A DNA stretch of 64,000 bases from Octopus vulgaris (GCA_951406725.2 OX597822.1:14632001-14696000), one strand, 5' to 3'; positions 40,339 through 53,997 are shown, counted from the first letter of the stretch. The notes: generated by a model not told the origin, from the letters alone. Numbers and translations are program-made.

Positions 40339-40370
<32 letters not shown>

Positions 40371-40633
40371 CCTCCTTCTCTCTGTATGTGTATACTTCTT
40401 AATACACGAACATGCGTGCAAGCGTGCGCGGACGTGTGTGTGTTTGCATTCAGTGCCAGAAAGTACTCCCGCCAAAAATCGGTTGATTATCCAGTCATCT
40501 GCGTCATATTGCCAACATGCAAATCAGCCGCGCCCAATCGTCTCCTATGTTTCTTCCGTCTCCTATTTATCAGCTCTTCGCCCATTTCCTTCAATTCTTC
40601 GCAAACAATACTGTAATACCGATTATTTCATTA

Positions 40634-40843
40634 CCTATTTCTTCAGAGGGGACAAACAAGGACAGACAAACGGATTAAGTCGATTACATCGATCCCAGTG
40701 CGTAACTGGTACTTATTTAATCGACTCCGAAAGGATGAAAGGCAAAGTCGACCTCGGCGGAATTTGAACTCAGAACGTAGCGACAGACGAAATACTGATA
40801 AGCATTTCGCCCGGCGTGCTAACAATTCTGCCAGTTCGCTGCC
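40634..40843 (-). mobile_element. SINE family B (internal deletion near tail)
   Basis: Matches family B; a plus-strand partial copy lies at 40030-40160. Confidence 0.8.
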
Positions 40844-41160
40844 ATTTACCTGCGATGCTCACTATAGTAAATGAGATCAGATTTGAGGGAGATTTGACTG
40901 CTATTTCTAGTAAAACAAGTAACTATCCAGAAATGTTCTTCCTTATCTAGTAAACAACACTGTCATATCAAGTGGACAAAAGAGGTTCTGGATGGATAGT
41001 GACACTGCCAGAAATAGTAGCTAAATCTCACAACGAATCGCACCTCATCCTTGTGGAAAATGACCTGCTCATAGGGAAACATGATGGGATTACTCACAGC
41101 GAGAAGGCTTTTGCCCAGGGGTTGACCAGGGCTTAAACAACGACTCCCCCCACCCCCACC

Positions 41161-41222
<62 letters not shown>

Positions 41223-41974
41223 CTGACTAACTGGTAAAATTGTCCAGTATTTTTCCGCCTCCAGCATCCAAGTCGCCAGTCAACCATTACGCTGACCATT
41301 TCCGCCACTTCCAGTATCTTTCTAGATCATGTGATTGATTTGTTCTATTCACAAATTAATAAACGAAAGAAAATAAACAAAATGACAAATATACTTGTTT
41401 GTGTTTATTTTTCGCCTACGAAATGAATGAAACAGATTTGTCAGCGACGACAAAATACGTTGGTCTTCTTTCCGTTTTTCTTATTAGGAACTTCTTAAAA
41501 GTTACAAAAGACTTAAGGAGTATCTATAGGGGAGTCGAATAGAAATAAAAATTTAAAAAAAAGTAAAAGAAAATGGCAGAAGAGCGTAAGGGAAAATTGA
41601 CTGACAATCAAGGGAAGTGAATGGCTGCTATCAAGAAAAAGGCCATCGAGTCAAAGATCAGAGCTAATCGCAAGTTAATTTATTCACCCATCACTCACCC
41701 AAGCTTTAAAAGGGAATTATATTCACCAAGGTGTTAGAGGTACAAAGAACTTCCACGAGCTCTTAATTAATTATTTTTATGCTTCATTTGTTTATTTTTA
41801 TAAGTGTTGTTTTTCTACTCTACTCTCTATTTCCCCTTCTCGCAACCCTTGATCCCTGTCCTTCTCTTTCTCATCTACATCAGTAGTTTTCAACCATTTT
41901 TTTTCCTATGGAACCCATTGAATCTTATTTTACTCAGCTTCCTGCCCCGAAATTTTATGCTTTAAAAAGATCCT

Positions 41975-42156
41975 GTTATGTACATTATTTACAATGGACG
42001 GATAGGTATCCTCATTTTATTTGTTGCTGTTACTACAACATTTCGGCTGATGTATTCTCCAGCCTTCATCAAGTGTCCTGGTGGAATTTCGAACTCAACA
42101 CTTTATTTGACTAAATGGGGGTACTCTTTTCTCATTCCTAAGGTATTTTTTGCTGA

Positions 42157-42241
<85 letters not shown>

Positions 42242-42645
42242 TATTCAGGCCTCTGACTGGGATTGAAACCTGAATATTGTGCAGATATGAGTAGAATATG
42301 AGAACCGGTATTAAGGAAAGAAACAAAAATGATAGGTTTATAAGCCCTAAAAGTCACTCGATAATTGCTCACGGGCATATAGCGTAGTGGTTAAGAGCAC
42401 TGGCTACTAACCCCAAGATTCCGGGTTCAATGACTTGAATAAATAAAATCACCAAAAATACCTTAGAAATGAGAACAGAGTATCCCAAAAGTCAGATAAA
42501 GTGTTGGGTTCGAATTTTCACCAGAACACCCGATAAAGGCTGGAGAGTACATCAGCCGAAATGTTGTGGTAACAAAAACAAGATGAGGGCACCTATCCGT
42601 CCATTGTAAATAATGTACAGAATTCCTCATCTCAAAATTATAGAA
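41975..42645. mobile_element. Head-to-head pair of Poseidon/Penelope-type PLE 3' ends, each with an HHR (42032-42076 minus; 42526-42568 plus)
   Basis: Plus copy from ~42279 matches the ORF end at 61078-61141, then a tRNA-like cassette, then GGCTG(N10)CAGCC-GAAA-TG-TT. Minus copy reads TTGATGA-A-GGCTG..CAGCC-GAAA-TGTT. Confidence 0.7.
42373..42431 (+). other. tRNA-like (Thr-AGT-like) Pol III A/B-box cassette inside PLE 3' UTR; not a functional tRNA
   Basis: TAGCGTAGTGG A-box, CTACTAA loop, GGGTTCAAT B-box; 3' arm deleted. Confidence 0.6.
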
Positions 42646-42689
42646 TAACCTAATTGTTTATTTTCACATATAACGTAAACATTAAGTGC

Positions 42690-43040
42690 CTATTCTTTGT
42701 TTTCGGTCTTTGACAATGAACAGTGGAAACATTACAATTAGGGTTATTTTACGCTACCTTTGGGAAGACGGATTGAGTTCAAGGGCAGCGGAAAAGAAAT
42801 CAATAAAGTGGAAAGTCCAGGGACTGACAACGACGTTTCAAAGGAAGGTGGCATCAGCTTCGAAGAAAAACAAATGTCAGACAGACTTTTCGTTGAATAG
42901 GATGGGGTCTTGTTCAACTCAAAAGAGTTTAACAAAAGCCCACCACAAGCATTTGTAAGTTGTCGGCAGGAGTTGGTCCTTCACATGCCACCATCAACTG
43001 ACGCCTCCATACGCTCAGCCTCGTGAACAGACGCTGTTGA
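42690..43040 (+). mobile_element. Highly decayed mariner transposase N-terminal fragment
   Basis: IRVILRYLWEDGLSSRAA..EINKVE.PGT resembles the mariner HTH region. Confidence 0.4.
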
Positions 43041-44134
43041 GATCCTATTATATTTCTATAATTAGATATTATTAAGAACTGTGTAAAAATTGTTGAAATA
43101 TTTTGTCTCTTCTAGAAGAATAACCAGTTTATTTGTCATAAACTTTAGCAACGAAATCTTATATGGACCTTCAAGGGTTATATGGACCGCATGTGGGGAC
43201 CATGGGGCTACAAAGATGTTGAGATTAAGATTTGTTGTTGACATCATAAGAATTTATAAACTTTCGAGAGAACATGAAATAATTATGTTTTAGAACAGTG
43301 TATCACGAAGCAAATAAAGCTATGAATAATAGGAGGTAAATATTGGGTTGAAAATCCATTTTGGACAGAAAGAAGTTGAAGTCTGCTGCCCAGAGAATTT
43401 GTTCGAAGGCTACGGAACTTGCTGAACGATTTCAGAGATTTCAGTATAGGCGCAGGTATGGCTGCGTAGATGAGAGGCTTTGTTTTGAAATTACATGTAT
43501 TCGGGTTCGGTTCCACGGTGTCATATCTTGGGCAACTGCCTTCTACTGTAGCCTGGCCCGAACAATGTCTTGAAAGTGAATTCCGTAGACGGAGATTGTG
43601 TGGAAGCCTGTCGTATGCACATACATATATCCTTGCATCTATGCTTGTCCACCACCATCACTTATTGACAACAGCAACAACAACAACATATGTCCAGTAG
43701 CATAAACAAGCATCTACTGGGTACAGATGTCTATTCTCATTATATTTGTAGGTAGAGGCACACGAACTTCGACTGCAACGTTCAAACGTTATTTTTTAAT
43801 GGCTTCATAAATGAACAACGGCCAGTAACCCTGAGCCTTTTCAGCCTCCGCCAACTTTCTAACTGCTGTGAATACCTACAAAACAATCGACTCTGCTAAA
43901 GTTACCCTCGGATTAGGCAGCAGTTTAAAACTGTGTAACAGACTGAAACTTCCGCTCAAAATATAAATGAATTTACAATTATTTCGTTTTTGGATTTGGT
44001 TTGCAAGATTCTTTATTTGAGTTCGTGTGTTGAAGCATATTGTGTTGTGTCTGGGAAGAGCCATTTTCATTTTGTGCCTTATAATTTAACACACTCACCG
44101 GTAAAATTTCCACATACATACATACATACATACA

Positions 44135-44167
<33 letters not shown>

Positions 44168-44200
44168 GTACATATACATATTCATATATATATATATATA

Positions 44201-44439
44201 CTGTTGTGTCTGGGGAGATTCATCTTTCTGTTTGTGCTTTATAATGTAACACATTCACCGGTAAAATTTCCACTTATTTCTTATTTTTATTTTCCTAAAT
44301 TTTCGTTGCGTCTTGCAACCTATTCAATAGTCTTGACTATTAAAAAGGTTGCAAGACGCAACGAAAAGTGGAAATTTCACCGGTGAGAGTGTTAAATTAT
44401 AATGCACAAAAAGAAAATGACTCTCCCCAGACACAACAG
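44201..44439. repeat. Long palindromic element with 2-nt centre; extra arm copy at 44042-44113
   Basis: CTGTTGTGTCTGGGGAGA.. / ..TCTCCCCAGACACAACAG; core TTTCGTTGCGTCTTGCAACC..AATAGTC-TT-GACTATT..GGTTGCAAGACGCAACGAAA. Confidence 0.85.
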
Positions 44440-45101
44440 AATTTACAATTAAATATCATTTTTATTATTTACTTGTGTGTTCGTTATTTCGTATATCATT
44501 TTTTTTAAAATTGATTTATTTTAAGCCATGTTTTTGTCCATTTGGGTTATGTCCCTAGGTTTATTAAAGCAATTAATTATGCAAATTAACCACAACAGCC
44601 ACTATTACCGCCACCGCCACTCCCATCATCGTCGTCAGTTACTACTACAAGTATTATCACAAGAAACGTAAGAAAACAGCCACAGGTCCGGCTAGAAATA
44701 GCAACCAATTCTCCTTCAAATGAAAGGATTCTCAATGTGATCGGAGAAAAAGCGGGATTAAGAAGGCTGAAGTGTCTTTTGTGGTGGGTGGGTGAGATCA
44801 GAACCATGAGGAGCCCCCAAAGAACAAAGAGAGCGACTACAACAGCAACAACAACAAAAGCAAAGACGACAAAATAACAACTACAACACCATAATCAGCA
44901 CCACCACCACCACCACCACCACGGCCAGCAACAACAACAGTAAAAACAATCGCCTACCAGCACCCTCAGTTGTAGCATTTAGTATGGGTCTCCGGGTGCA
45001 TTTATAAGTGCATTTATAAGTGAAGTGGGTAATTCACAGTTGCAATGAATAGACATATTAGAGGACTCTATGGAAGTACTTCTTACTTTCTCACAATTGT
45101 A

Positions 45102-45151
<50 letters not shown>

Positions 45152-45382
45152 TGATAAAGGGTTTACAAAGTACAGCTGTTGCTCAATTTATTGTTGAAGT
45201 TGCTATCGATGGCGGTGGTGTCAGAATTTCACCGGCGTATACAGACACCCGGATATATGTATGTAACTATGTACTTATGAATATGCACATACATACAAAC
45301 ACATACAAACACACACATACACACACACACACACACACACAGACACACACACAGAGACACACACACACACACACACATACAT

Positions 45383-45603
45383 GCACAAGGGAGTGCAGAA
45401 AAGTTCCTGCCATTAAGGCTCTCGCGAAAAGCCTAGTTGATGACCCAACCTTCGGAGTTCTTTTACAGGGTTTAGAAAAACTGAAGGGCTGTTGCAATAA
45501 GTGTATGAAGCCGAGAGGGGAATATGTTGAATAAAATAACCAACTGATCCTCCTGTATTTTCTTTTATCCAAAGCCAAGAACTTTTCGAGTATTCCCTTG
45601 CAT
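45383..45603 (+). mobile_element. Internally deleted mariner (MITE-like)
   Basis: TIR-like CAAGGGAGTGCAGAAAAGTTC / GAACTTTTCGAGTATTCCCTTG; C-terminal GLEKL...NKCMKPRGEYVE*. Confidence 0.65.
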
Positions 45604-45607
45604 ATGT

Positions 45608-45731
<124 letters not shown>

Positions 45732-46724
45732 TCATACTTATGTGTATATGTAAATAGGTATAATTTTATAATTAAATTTTTGTCTAATAATTCTAAGATC
45801 AAGAATTCTATATACCAGTGTAAAATTTCTGCCGGTACTGATGTCTACATAGGCGCGTCCACTTCCCAGTTATCCAAGAGAATTTCAAATCATTATTCAT
45901 CATTTAGGGATAGCTAAAAACGCCATAGCACAGGGCTAAGTAAATTGGTTTGGCATCTCAAAGACAACAATAAAGATTTCATGTTAGATTGGTTCATACT
46001 GTCCATATCCTTTCCTTTCGATAAGGGCAAGAGATTTTGTAACATTTGCAACTCTGAACTCTTCCATATTCTCTTCTCTAAGAATCCCCTTGTAAACACA
46101 CTTATAGAGCGATCGTGCAAATGTAAACACTGGCAGAAACATACATTTTACTCATATAAGTGATTTCGCCAGTCTTTATAGCTTGAACAATTAGTTTAAC
46201 TTGCACTTTACTTCAATAGAGGATTTTTTTCTTAAGCCTTTGAACATTCTTTTAATCAACGTATCCCTCCCTCTCTATTTGTTCTCTACTTATTATTCCT
46301 TTAACCCTTCTCTTCCTAGCATCTGCCTTTAACGTCAAATCTACTAACGGTTTTTTAAAATACTTAATAACGTTCTGTTTATCATGTAGGCAGCCATCGT
46401 AATTGTTATAATGCCTTGATGTTGAGAGAGGCTCTCTTTCTTTCCTGATGAGAAGATTGCATTTTACACCGTTTATTATTTTAGAATAAAACCATGTTGT
46501 CTTCGAAACATATGTTGAAAGTAAAAGAATTTTATTAACATCTTCGTTCAACTCCATTTATTTATTTATTCATTTATAACACACAAATTACTGCACATTA
46601 ACTCGGAGTTCCTACCTTTGAATAGGTCGCTTCAACCGTGTTTCTGACGTGAATTTGCTACCCTGGTAACGGTTCATTGAATTTCCCATGTTAACGGTAA
46701 ACATAGGATAATTCATTCATCCAT

Positions 46725-46792
<68 letters not shown>

Positions 46793-46794
46793 AT

Positions 46795-47100
46795 CGAGTA
46801 TACGAACCGAATATCTTAATAGCTTGGGATTCAAAGGGCCGTAACATTTTAATGCCCTACCACAGAACATCAGGGATCTGCAATGTGTAGGCATGGAAGT
46901 CTTCAAAAAACGTCTAGAGAGACTTTTACCTGCAATTCCCTACGAACTCACATCGTGGCAGGAGGCACAAAGAAGAGCAGCAACGTCCAGTTCACTACTT
47001 CACCAGAAGCAATTCTGGAAAAATCCCCGGGTGCAGTTAAAGCGGTGCACCAGCATGAGCTCAACTTATGGCTGAAACCCATAAAAGTTAAAAGACAAAA
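46795..47100 (+). mobile_element. CR1/L2-group LINE 3' end
   Basis: NSLGFKGP.HFNALPQNIRDL..VFKKRLE, homologous to the 7705 and 8110 copies. Confidence 0.7.
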
Positions 47101-47117
47101 GATATATATAAATACAT

Positions 47118-48222
47118 AAAAATAAGGAATATAAAGACACCTCCTTCTTTTTGCTTTTAATCAAGGTTCTAAGGCCGCAAAAGCTGCTTGCGGCATTTGT
47201 TCTGTGTATGGAGAAGATGCCATAGCTGAAAGAACCGCTCATTTAGTATGCCAAATTCAAAAATGGAATTTTTGACCTCAAAGACGCACCTCGTTCTGGC
47301 CGTCCAGTTGAGTTCGATGAAGAGCGATTAAACCAACTTTTGCACGAACATTCTCGTCAAACGACAAGGAAACTGGCAGAGAAAATGCAATGCTCCCACA
47401 CTTCTATAGAGGATCATCTTCACTCGATGGGAAAGGTTCAGAAGTATGGAGCATGGGTTCCACATGCTTTTAAGTGGCAAGAACAAAAATCAACGACCCA
47501 CAATCTCCGCTAGTTTGCTTGCTCGTCACTGCTCAACTCATGGACACAAGCAACGATTTCTATACCAAATCGTTACTGGCGACGAAAAATTGGGCCTGTA
47601 CATCAATATGAAGCAGTGTAAGGAATGGCTTAGTCCCGGTAAACAAGAGACACGCATGAAACAAGATCTTCATCCGCGTAAAACGATGTTGTGCGTATGG
47701 TGGGACTGGGAAGGGATTATCCATTAGGAATTGCTTGAACGGAACCAAACGGTCAACGCGGAACTCTTTCTTCAACAGATGGAACGACTCAACACGGCTA
47801 TTCAAGAGAAAAGACTTAATCGGCAGCATGGAGTTCTTCTGCTGCACGACAACGCCCGCCCTCATATCGCCAATATGACCAAAGAAGTCATTCAAACGCA
47901 TGGCTGGGAAGTGCTGCCACACCTGCCGTACTCTCCTGATTTGGCACCAATGGATTTCCACCTCTTTCGATCTCTTTCAAATGCTGTGCGTGGAGTTTTG
48001 TTCAATACTGATGCAGAATTGAGAGCTTGATTGGATCAATTTTTCGAGTCGAAATCGGGTGATTTCTACCAACGAGGTATTGAAAATCTTGTTGAACGTC
48101 GGGAAGAAGTTGTAAACGATAAGGGTAAAAACAATATTGATCAATTAGTTGTTATTTGTTATTAAACCTTTTAAAAATTTTAATTTAAAAAAAAACGGCG
48201 GGAACTTGGTTGCCAACCCTAT
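47118..48222 (+). mobile_element. Mariner (D,D34D) transposon; near-full transposase pseudogene plus 3' TIR
   Basis: PRSGRP, WVPH, TGDEK, HDNARPH and YSPDLAP.D motifs with stops and frameshifts; TIR AAAACGGCGGGAACTTGGTTGCCAACCCTA-TA; 5' TIR absent. Confidence 0.92.
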
Positions 48223-48409
48223 ATAATTATGTATATTATAAATAACATATTATTCATATATATTATATATCTTAAATACAAATGTATATTAATAAACATA
48301 TATAAGCATTATGCATATTGAATACATACGTATGTATGTATGTATGTATATGAATATATATAAACATACATTGTGTGTATATATATACGTATTATGTATA
48401 TGTAGTATG

Positions 48410-48454
<45 letters not shown>

Positions 48455-49585
48455 TACGCATATAAATCCTATATACATATATATTATATATATATATGTA
48501 TATTGTTTTTATCTGCGGATGGTTATGTGTGTGTGTGTATTATATAGGATATATAGATGGCATACGTACGCACACACACGCGCACACACAAACACGCACA
48601 GCCCCTCATCATCCCTCACCGCACCTCACAGCCCCCTAAATATACACACAGTAGCGAAGAATATAAGGCAGTGTGTCAGCTTCCTGAACTATTTAACATA
48701 ACCACAATATAACTTGAGATGCCATTTCCGTCTCACTAATCAGATTTCAATGAAGCAGACGACACACACGTGTCTGACGTACGCCATGTTGGTGGTAGTG
48801 GAGGTGGCGGTGGTGGTGATTGGGGGTGCGCTGGCGATGGTGGTGGAGGTAGCGTTGACATTGGTGGTTATGTTAATGATGATGGTGGTGGTGGTGGTTG
48901 CTCCTGTCATTGTTGTGGCAGTGGTGACAGTTGTGGTGGTTGTGACGGTGGTGGTGGTAGTAATAGTAGTAGTAGTAGTAGTGGTAGTCATAGTAGTTGT
49001 AGTGGTGGTGGTATTGGTGAAATAGTAAATAGGGAGTGTCATGATACTAATCGTGTAGTGTTTGTGTTGATGGTTGTAACAAGTTGTTAAGGCGTTGTAT
49101 CGTCATCGTTGTTGTTTCGTCCCAGCTCAGCCATGACCTCATAGATACATAATCAACAGGCATTCCAACCACGACCATCCTGTCTGCATTAATGTTTTGA
49201 GATACAATATATTCAAGACTATATATGGTGTGTAAACTTGAGGGAGATTTGGTTGCACTTTCTAGCAGTTCAAACGACCACGTAGAGATTCCTTTGTTGG
49301 TTCCTAGATGCAGTGAGTTTTCCTCATCGTTGTAGCGGCCGTCCTTGTTAGCCTTTAGCCCCGTATCAGCCCTGTCCAAGCAAAATCTTTGATCAAAGGC
49401 ACCCTTAACTTTTTTCTATATGCAAACAATCCATGAACACATTATTCAATGCCCTGTCATTCGAGGGATCTTTGGCTACTATCTAACAGGTGAACCGATC
49501 AAATAGAAGTTTCCATATTGGCTCTTTGCATGGATAACTGTTGGACCCACCTACCCACGACAACAAAAACAGCAACAACAACAGT

Positions 49586-49945
49586 GGAGTCGCAACGGCC
49601 CAGTGTTTAGGACAGCGGACTCGCAGTCGGAGGATCGCAGTTTCGATTCCCAGACCGGGCGTTGTGTGTGTTTATTGGGCGAAAACACCTAAAGCTCCAC
49701 GAGGCTCCGGCAGGGGATGGTGGTGATCCCTGTTGTACTCTTTCTCTCCAACTTTCTTTCACTCTTTCTTCCTGTTTCTTGTCCCCAACTTCCTATGCAA
49801 CGTTGAGCCTGGATGCGCATTCATCCATCCGTCGATGCTCTCGGTGTCGGGGGTTGACCTGCTCTCTCTTCTGCGGGTCTTACGAATAGCAAAGGATCAC
49901 GTTTCGGACTTCTCCCACTTAAGGGATGAAGACCGCTTCGATCAA
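49586..49945 (+). mobile_element. SINE family C
   Basis: Colinear with 21498. Confidence 0.85.
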
Positions 49946-50014
49946 CAAACAAACAAACAAACAAACAAAGCTACAACAACAACAACAGCAACATTAATAA
50001 TAGCCCGGTTTCCT

Positions 50015-50215
50015 CTTATGTACGAAGTAGCCCAGCTTTGGAAATCGAAGACGATGAAGATAGTGCCAATTATTCTTGGATCTTTGGAAACAGTATCAGA
50101 AGGCACCAAGCGGAATATAAAAGAAATCGGAATAGAGTGCCCAGTTGAGCTGTTACGCAAGTTTTGCCTTCTTGGCACGGCCAGAAAAAATATAAGGAAA
50201 ATATCAGACAGTTCA
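50015..50215 (+). mobile_element. R4/Dong-like LINE C-terminal relic
   Basis: YEVAQLWKSKTMKIVPIILGSLETV..LLRKFCLLGTAR..IRK. Confidence 0.7.
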
Positions 50216-50473
50216 AAAGCACAGATGGCATGGAACTGTGATAATAACCCCTTTTTTTATCATAGGCACTAGGGACGAAATTTTGCAGCGAAGCAATAGG
50301 TTATATCGACCCCAGTGCTCAACTGGTAACTATTTTAAGGGCCAAGTAAGGATGTATGGCAAAGTCAACCTCGGAAGAATTTGAACTGAGATCGCAAATG
50401 TCCAAAAGAAACGCCGCTCTGCATTTTGTCCGACGCATTAACGATTTTTCCAGCTTGCTGTCTTTTAGAAATG

Positions 50474-50615
<142 letters not shown>

Positions 50616-51399
50616 TAATATTAAATGCCCTGATGGAGTACCAGGCAGTGGCTCTCATGGCTTCTGATCTTAACTGATTGCAAGTTTTATCATGTACATT
50701 GTTTTGTCTTGGTATAAAAGATGGGCTACAGCAAATATTATAGTCCTTTCTACTAAAGGCACATGACTTGAAATTTTATAATCGATTATAGCGACATCTA
50801 GTGTTCAACTGGTTCTTATTTTAATCGACCACGAAAAGATGAAAGGTGAAGTCGACCTAAACTTGCTTAGTCCTGCAGCTCAGAAAGATAATATACAGGT
50901 ATGTGGTCATTTCTAACCGACGGAGATCTTGGTGACCCGTTCCGTACATTAGAAATCTAATTTGAGGGAGATTAGGTTGTTTTTTCCTAACAACTCAAAT
51001 AAACAGAAGGAGGCTTCTTGTATTAAATTTATGCGAGATTTTAAGATTATTGTGAATCGTGACCGACACACTAATCTCAAAGCGATTCTATTTCATTTAA
51101 GTAGTTAAGACCCCTGGGATCAAGATATGTAGCTCACAACAAGTTAATTCCCTGAAACATAAGCATAACAACTGAAAGCTTAAAGCGGCAAAGTGTCTTT
51201 TAATTTCGTTCTAAGGCGGCGAATTAATAGACATGAGCATCAGATAGAATACTTTGCACTGTTCGTTCCGACTATATATGTTCTGAGTTCAAATCCTAGC
51301 GACTTCAACATTTACTTTTCAACATTGCGGGTCCGGCTACTATAATACCAGCTCAATATTGTGGTCTATTTTTCTGTCTATCTGTCTCTCTCCCTTTCT

Positions 51400-51487
<88 letters not shown>

Positions 51488-51671
51488 GTGTAAATCGGTT
51501 GTGATCAAACCTTGAGAAGGTTCTGTTCCATCATGTTTAGTGGCTTATACAACTCAATCAGTTGATGCGAGCGCAACTGCAGTGGACATCAAACGTTGTG
51601 GCGTCACCGATTCGACGCTGACTTATTTGACATCAGACTTTTCAATGTCTCTGTCTTTCGCTCCCTCCTTC

Positions 51672-51712
<41 letters not shown>

Positions 51713-52582
51713 GTGTGTGTATGTGAGTGTGTCCCACCACTACTTGATAACCGATATTGGTGTGTTTATTCCCCGCAGCCTAGCAGTTCGGCAAAAGATA
51801 CCAATAAAATAAGTACAGACTTCAAAAAATAAGTACTAGGAGTAATTCGTTCAACTAAAAGTTGGTGAAGGCGATGCCCCAGCATCGCCGCAGTCATTAG
51901 ACTCAAACAAGCAAAACATAAGATAAAGATGTCTTGAGTCGATGTGAGATTAGGAATAGCTGTTGCTGCTACTACTGCTACTACTGGTGTTGTGATGGAG
52001 ATGTTGGATATTGTAGTGATGATGATGCTGATGGTGGCGGTGATGATGATGACGACGACTACGATGGTAATGATGACGATGATGATGATGATGACGTTTG
52101 TGGGAGTAGTTTTGGTCGTAGTGGTGGTGGTAGAGTCGGTGGTGGTAGAGTCGGTGGTGGTAGAGTCGGTGGTGGTAGAGTCGGTGGTGGTTTTATTGTT
52201 AGAGATGGTGATGATGATGATGATGATCATGGTGACGACGACGATGATGATGATAATGATGAGGATGATGTTGATGACGATGATGATGGTGACGGTTAAT
52301 AGTGGTGGTTCTCCCGATGATAGTAGTGATCTCGATGGTGTTGGTTAGTTGTTGTATAAGCGAAAGTGGTGGTCATGGTGTGGTGGTGGTCACGGGGTGG
52401 TGGTGGTGGTGGAGATGGTAGCGGCGCGGTCGAAGGTGGTTGCATATGTAGAAAGAACCAGAAGAGATTTTACGAGAGTAGTCGTAATTCTATTTCGTTT
52501 TATTTTATAGCACGTGATAACAGGAAGAGTAAAAAGACAACAAAAGCACACAACAGAGAGAGAGAGAGAGAGATAGATAGAT

Positions 52583-52634
<52 letters not shown>

Positions 52635-52793
52635 GTGAGGAAACGTCACGTGTGATTGTATACTGATGAGCGAGATAAATCATTGTGAAACGACGTGATA
52701 GTCACTGGGATGGATGGGTATTGCTGTTGTAGATGTTTGTATTAATGCTTGTGTGTGTGTGTGTTTATGTGTGTGCGTGTGTGTGTGTGTGTG

Positions 52794-52834
<41 letters not shown>

Positions 52835-53495
52835 GTGTGTCGCTACTGCTGAAGTTTTAGTCAGGAAGAAGGGTCAAAGTATATAACATTCGTGGCCCCC
52901 TCAAAGATTCACCGGACCGATACAGTTTAATATTTTGATTGAGAATCTGTAGGATAACGTCCACTGAAAACAATGCCAGTCAACGAGGGGTGGGGGTCAC
53001 TACGTAGTAGCTCCACCTGTGCTCGAAATGGCAGCCAATTCCCGCTCGAACCACACCTTACGAAAAAGAAAAAAACACAGACATTCGATAATATATGCAA
53101 TCGGATTGACGAACAACTCTAGTGACCGCTTTTACGACGCTTTATGCTTGTTATGGAAGTTTCGTGGAAGAATTTCAGTTGTGGCTTCGCATCGTTTTCT
53201 TGTTTCTTAAAAGACTTCGTTTAGTTGGTTTCTTGTTATCTTTTATGCTTTTACTTGTTTCAGCTATTCGGCCACGGCCATACTGGAGCACAACGTCGAA
53301 GTGTTTAGTCGAAAGAGTCAACCCAAGTATTTTTATATCTGCTACTTTGTTTCTCGTTTTTCGTTTGACGAACCACTAATTTCCAGGATGCAAACAAAGC
53401 AACACCTGTTGTGAAGCGGTGGTGCGAGCCAAACACAAACACAAAAATACACACCTACATAAAATACATACACACACACACGTATATACGTTGAA

Positions 53496-53817
53496 GAGAC
53501 GTGGCTTAGTGGTTAGGGCATTCGGCTCACGCTCTTAAGGTCGTGAGTTCAATTCCCGGCGATGCCTTGCGTCCTTGAGTAAGACACTTTATTTCCCGTT
53601 GCTCCAGTCCACTCAGCTGGGGAAAATGAGTAGTACCTGTATTTCAAAGGGGGCCAATCTTGTCACATTCTGTGTCACGCTGAATATCCATGAGAACTAC
53701 GTTTAGGGTACATGTGTCTGTGACGTGCTCATCCACTTACTTGCACGTTAATTTCATGAGCAGGCTGTTCCGTTGACCGTATCAACTGGGACCCTCGTCG
53801 TCTTAACCGACGGAGTA
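53496..53817 (+). mobile_element. tRNA-headed CORE-type SINE, family E
   Basis: TGGCTTAGTGG A-box, GAGTTCAATTCC B-box, GTCCTTGAGTAAGACACTT core. Confidence 0.8.
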
Positions 53818-53819
53818 CC

Positions 53820-53956
53820 GTTTGTTTTTTTCTGTGTCCCTTTCTGTAGAAGAGCGTAGGCTCGAAACGTAAAAGACTTTTTCTATTCCTGAGCGTTATA
53901 CATCTGTTTGTTTTGTACACCACCTGTCTTCGTCTTTTGTTTTTTTCGTAAACTAT

Positions 53957-53960
<4 letters not shown>
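53820..53960 (+). mobile_element. F2 HHR element; A6U motif at 53840-53875
   Basis: CTTT-CTGTAGA-A-GAGC(GTAG)GCTC-GAAA-CG-TA-AAAG; 3' end abuts (TA)n. Confidence 0.7.

Positions 53961-53997
<37 letters not shown>

Noticed and set aside
47118-48140. Domesticated SETMAR-like gene
   Set aside because: In-frame stops and frameshifts, a retained TIR and no SET exons; an ordinary dead mariner.
52645-52700. Hammerhead (CTGATGA..GAAAC)
   Set aside because: Stem II is wobble-rich, the cleavage triplet would be GUG, and no stem I forms.
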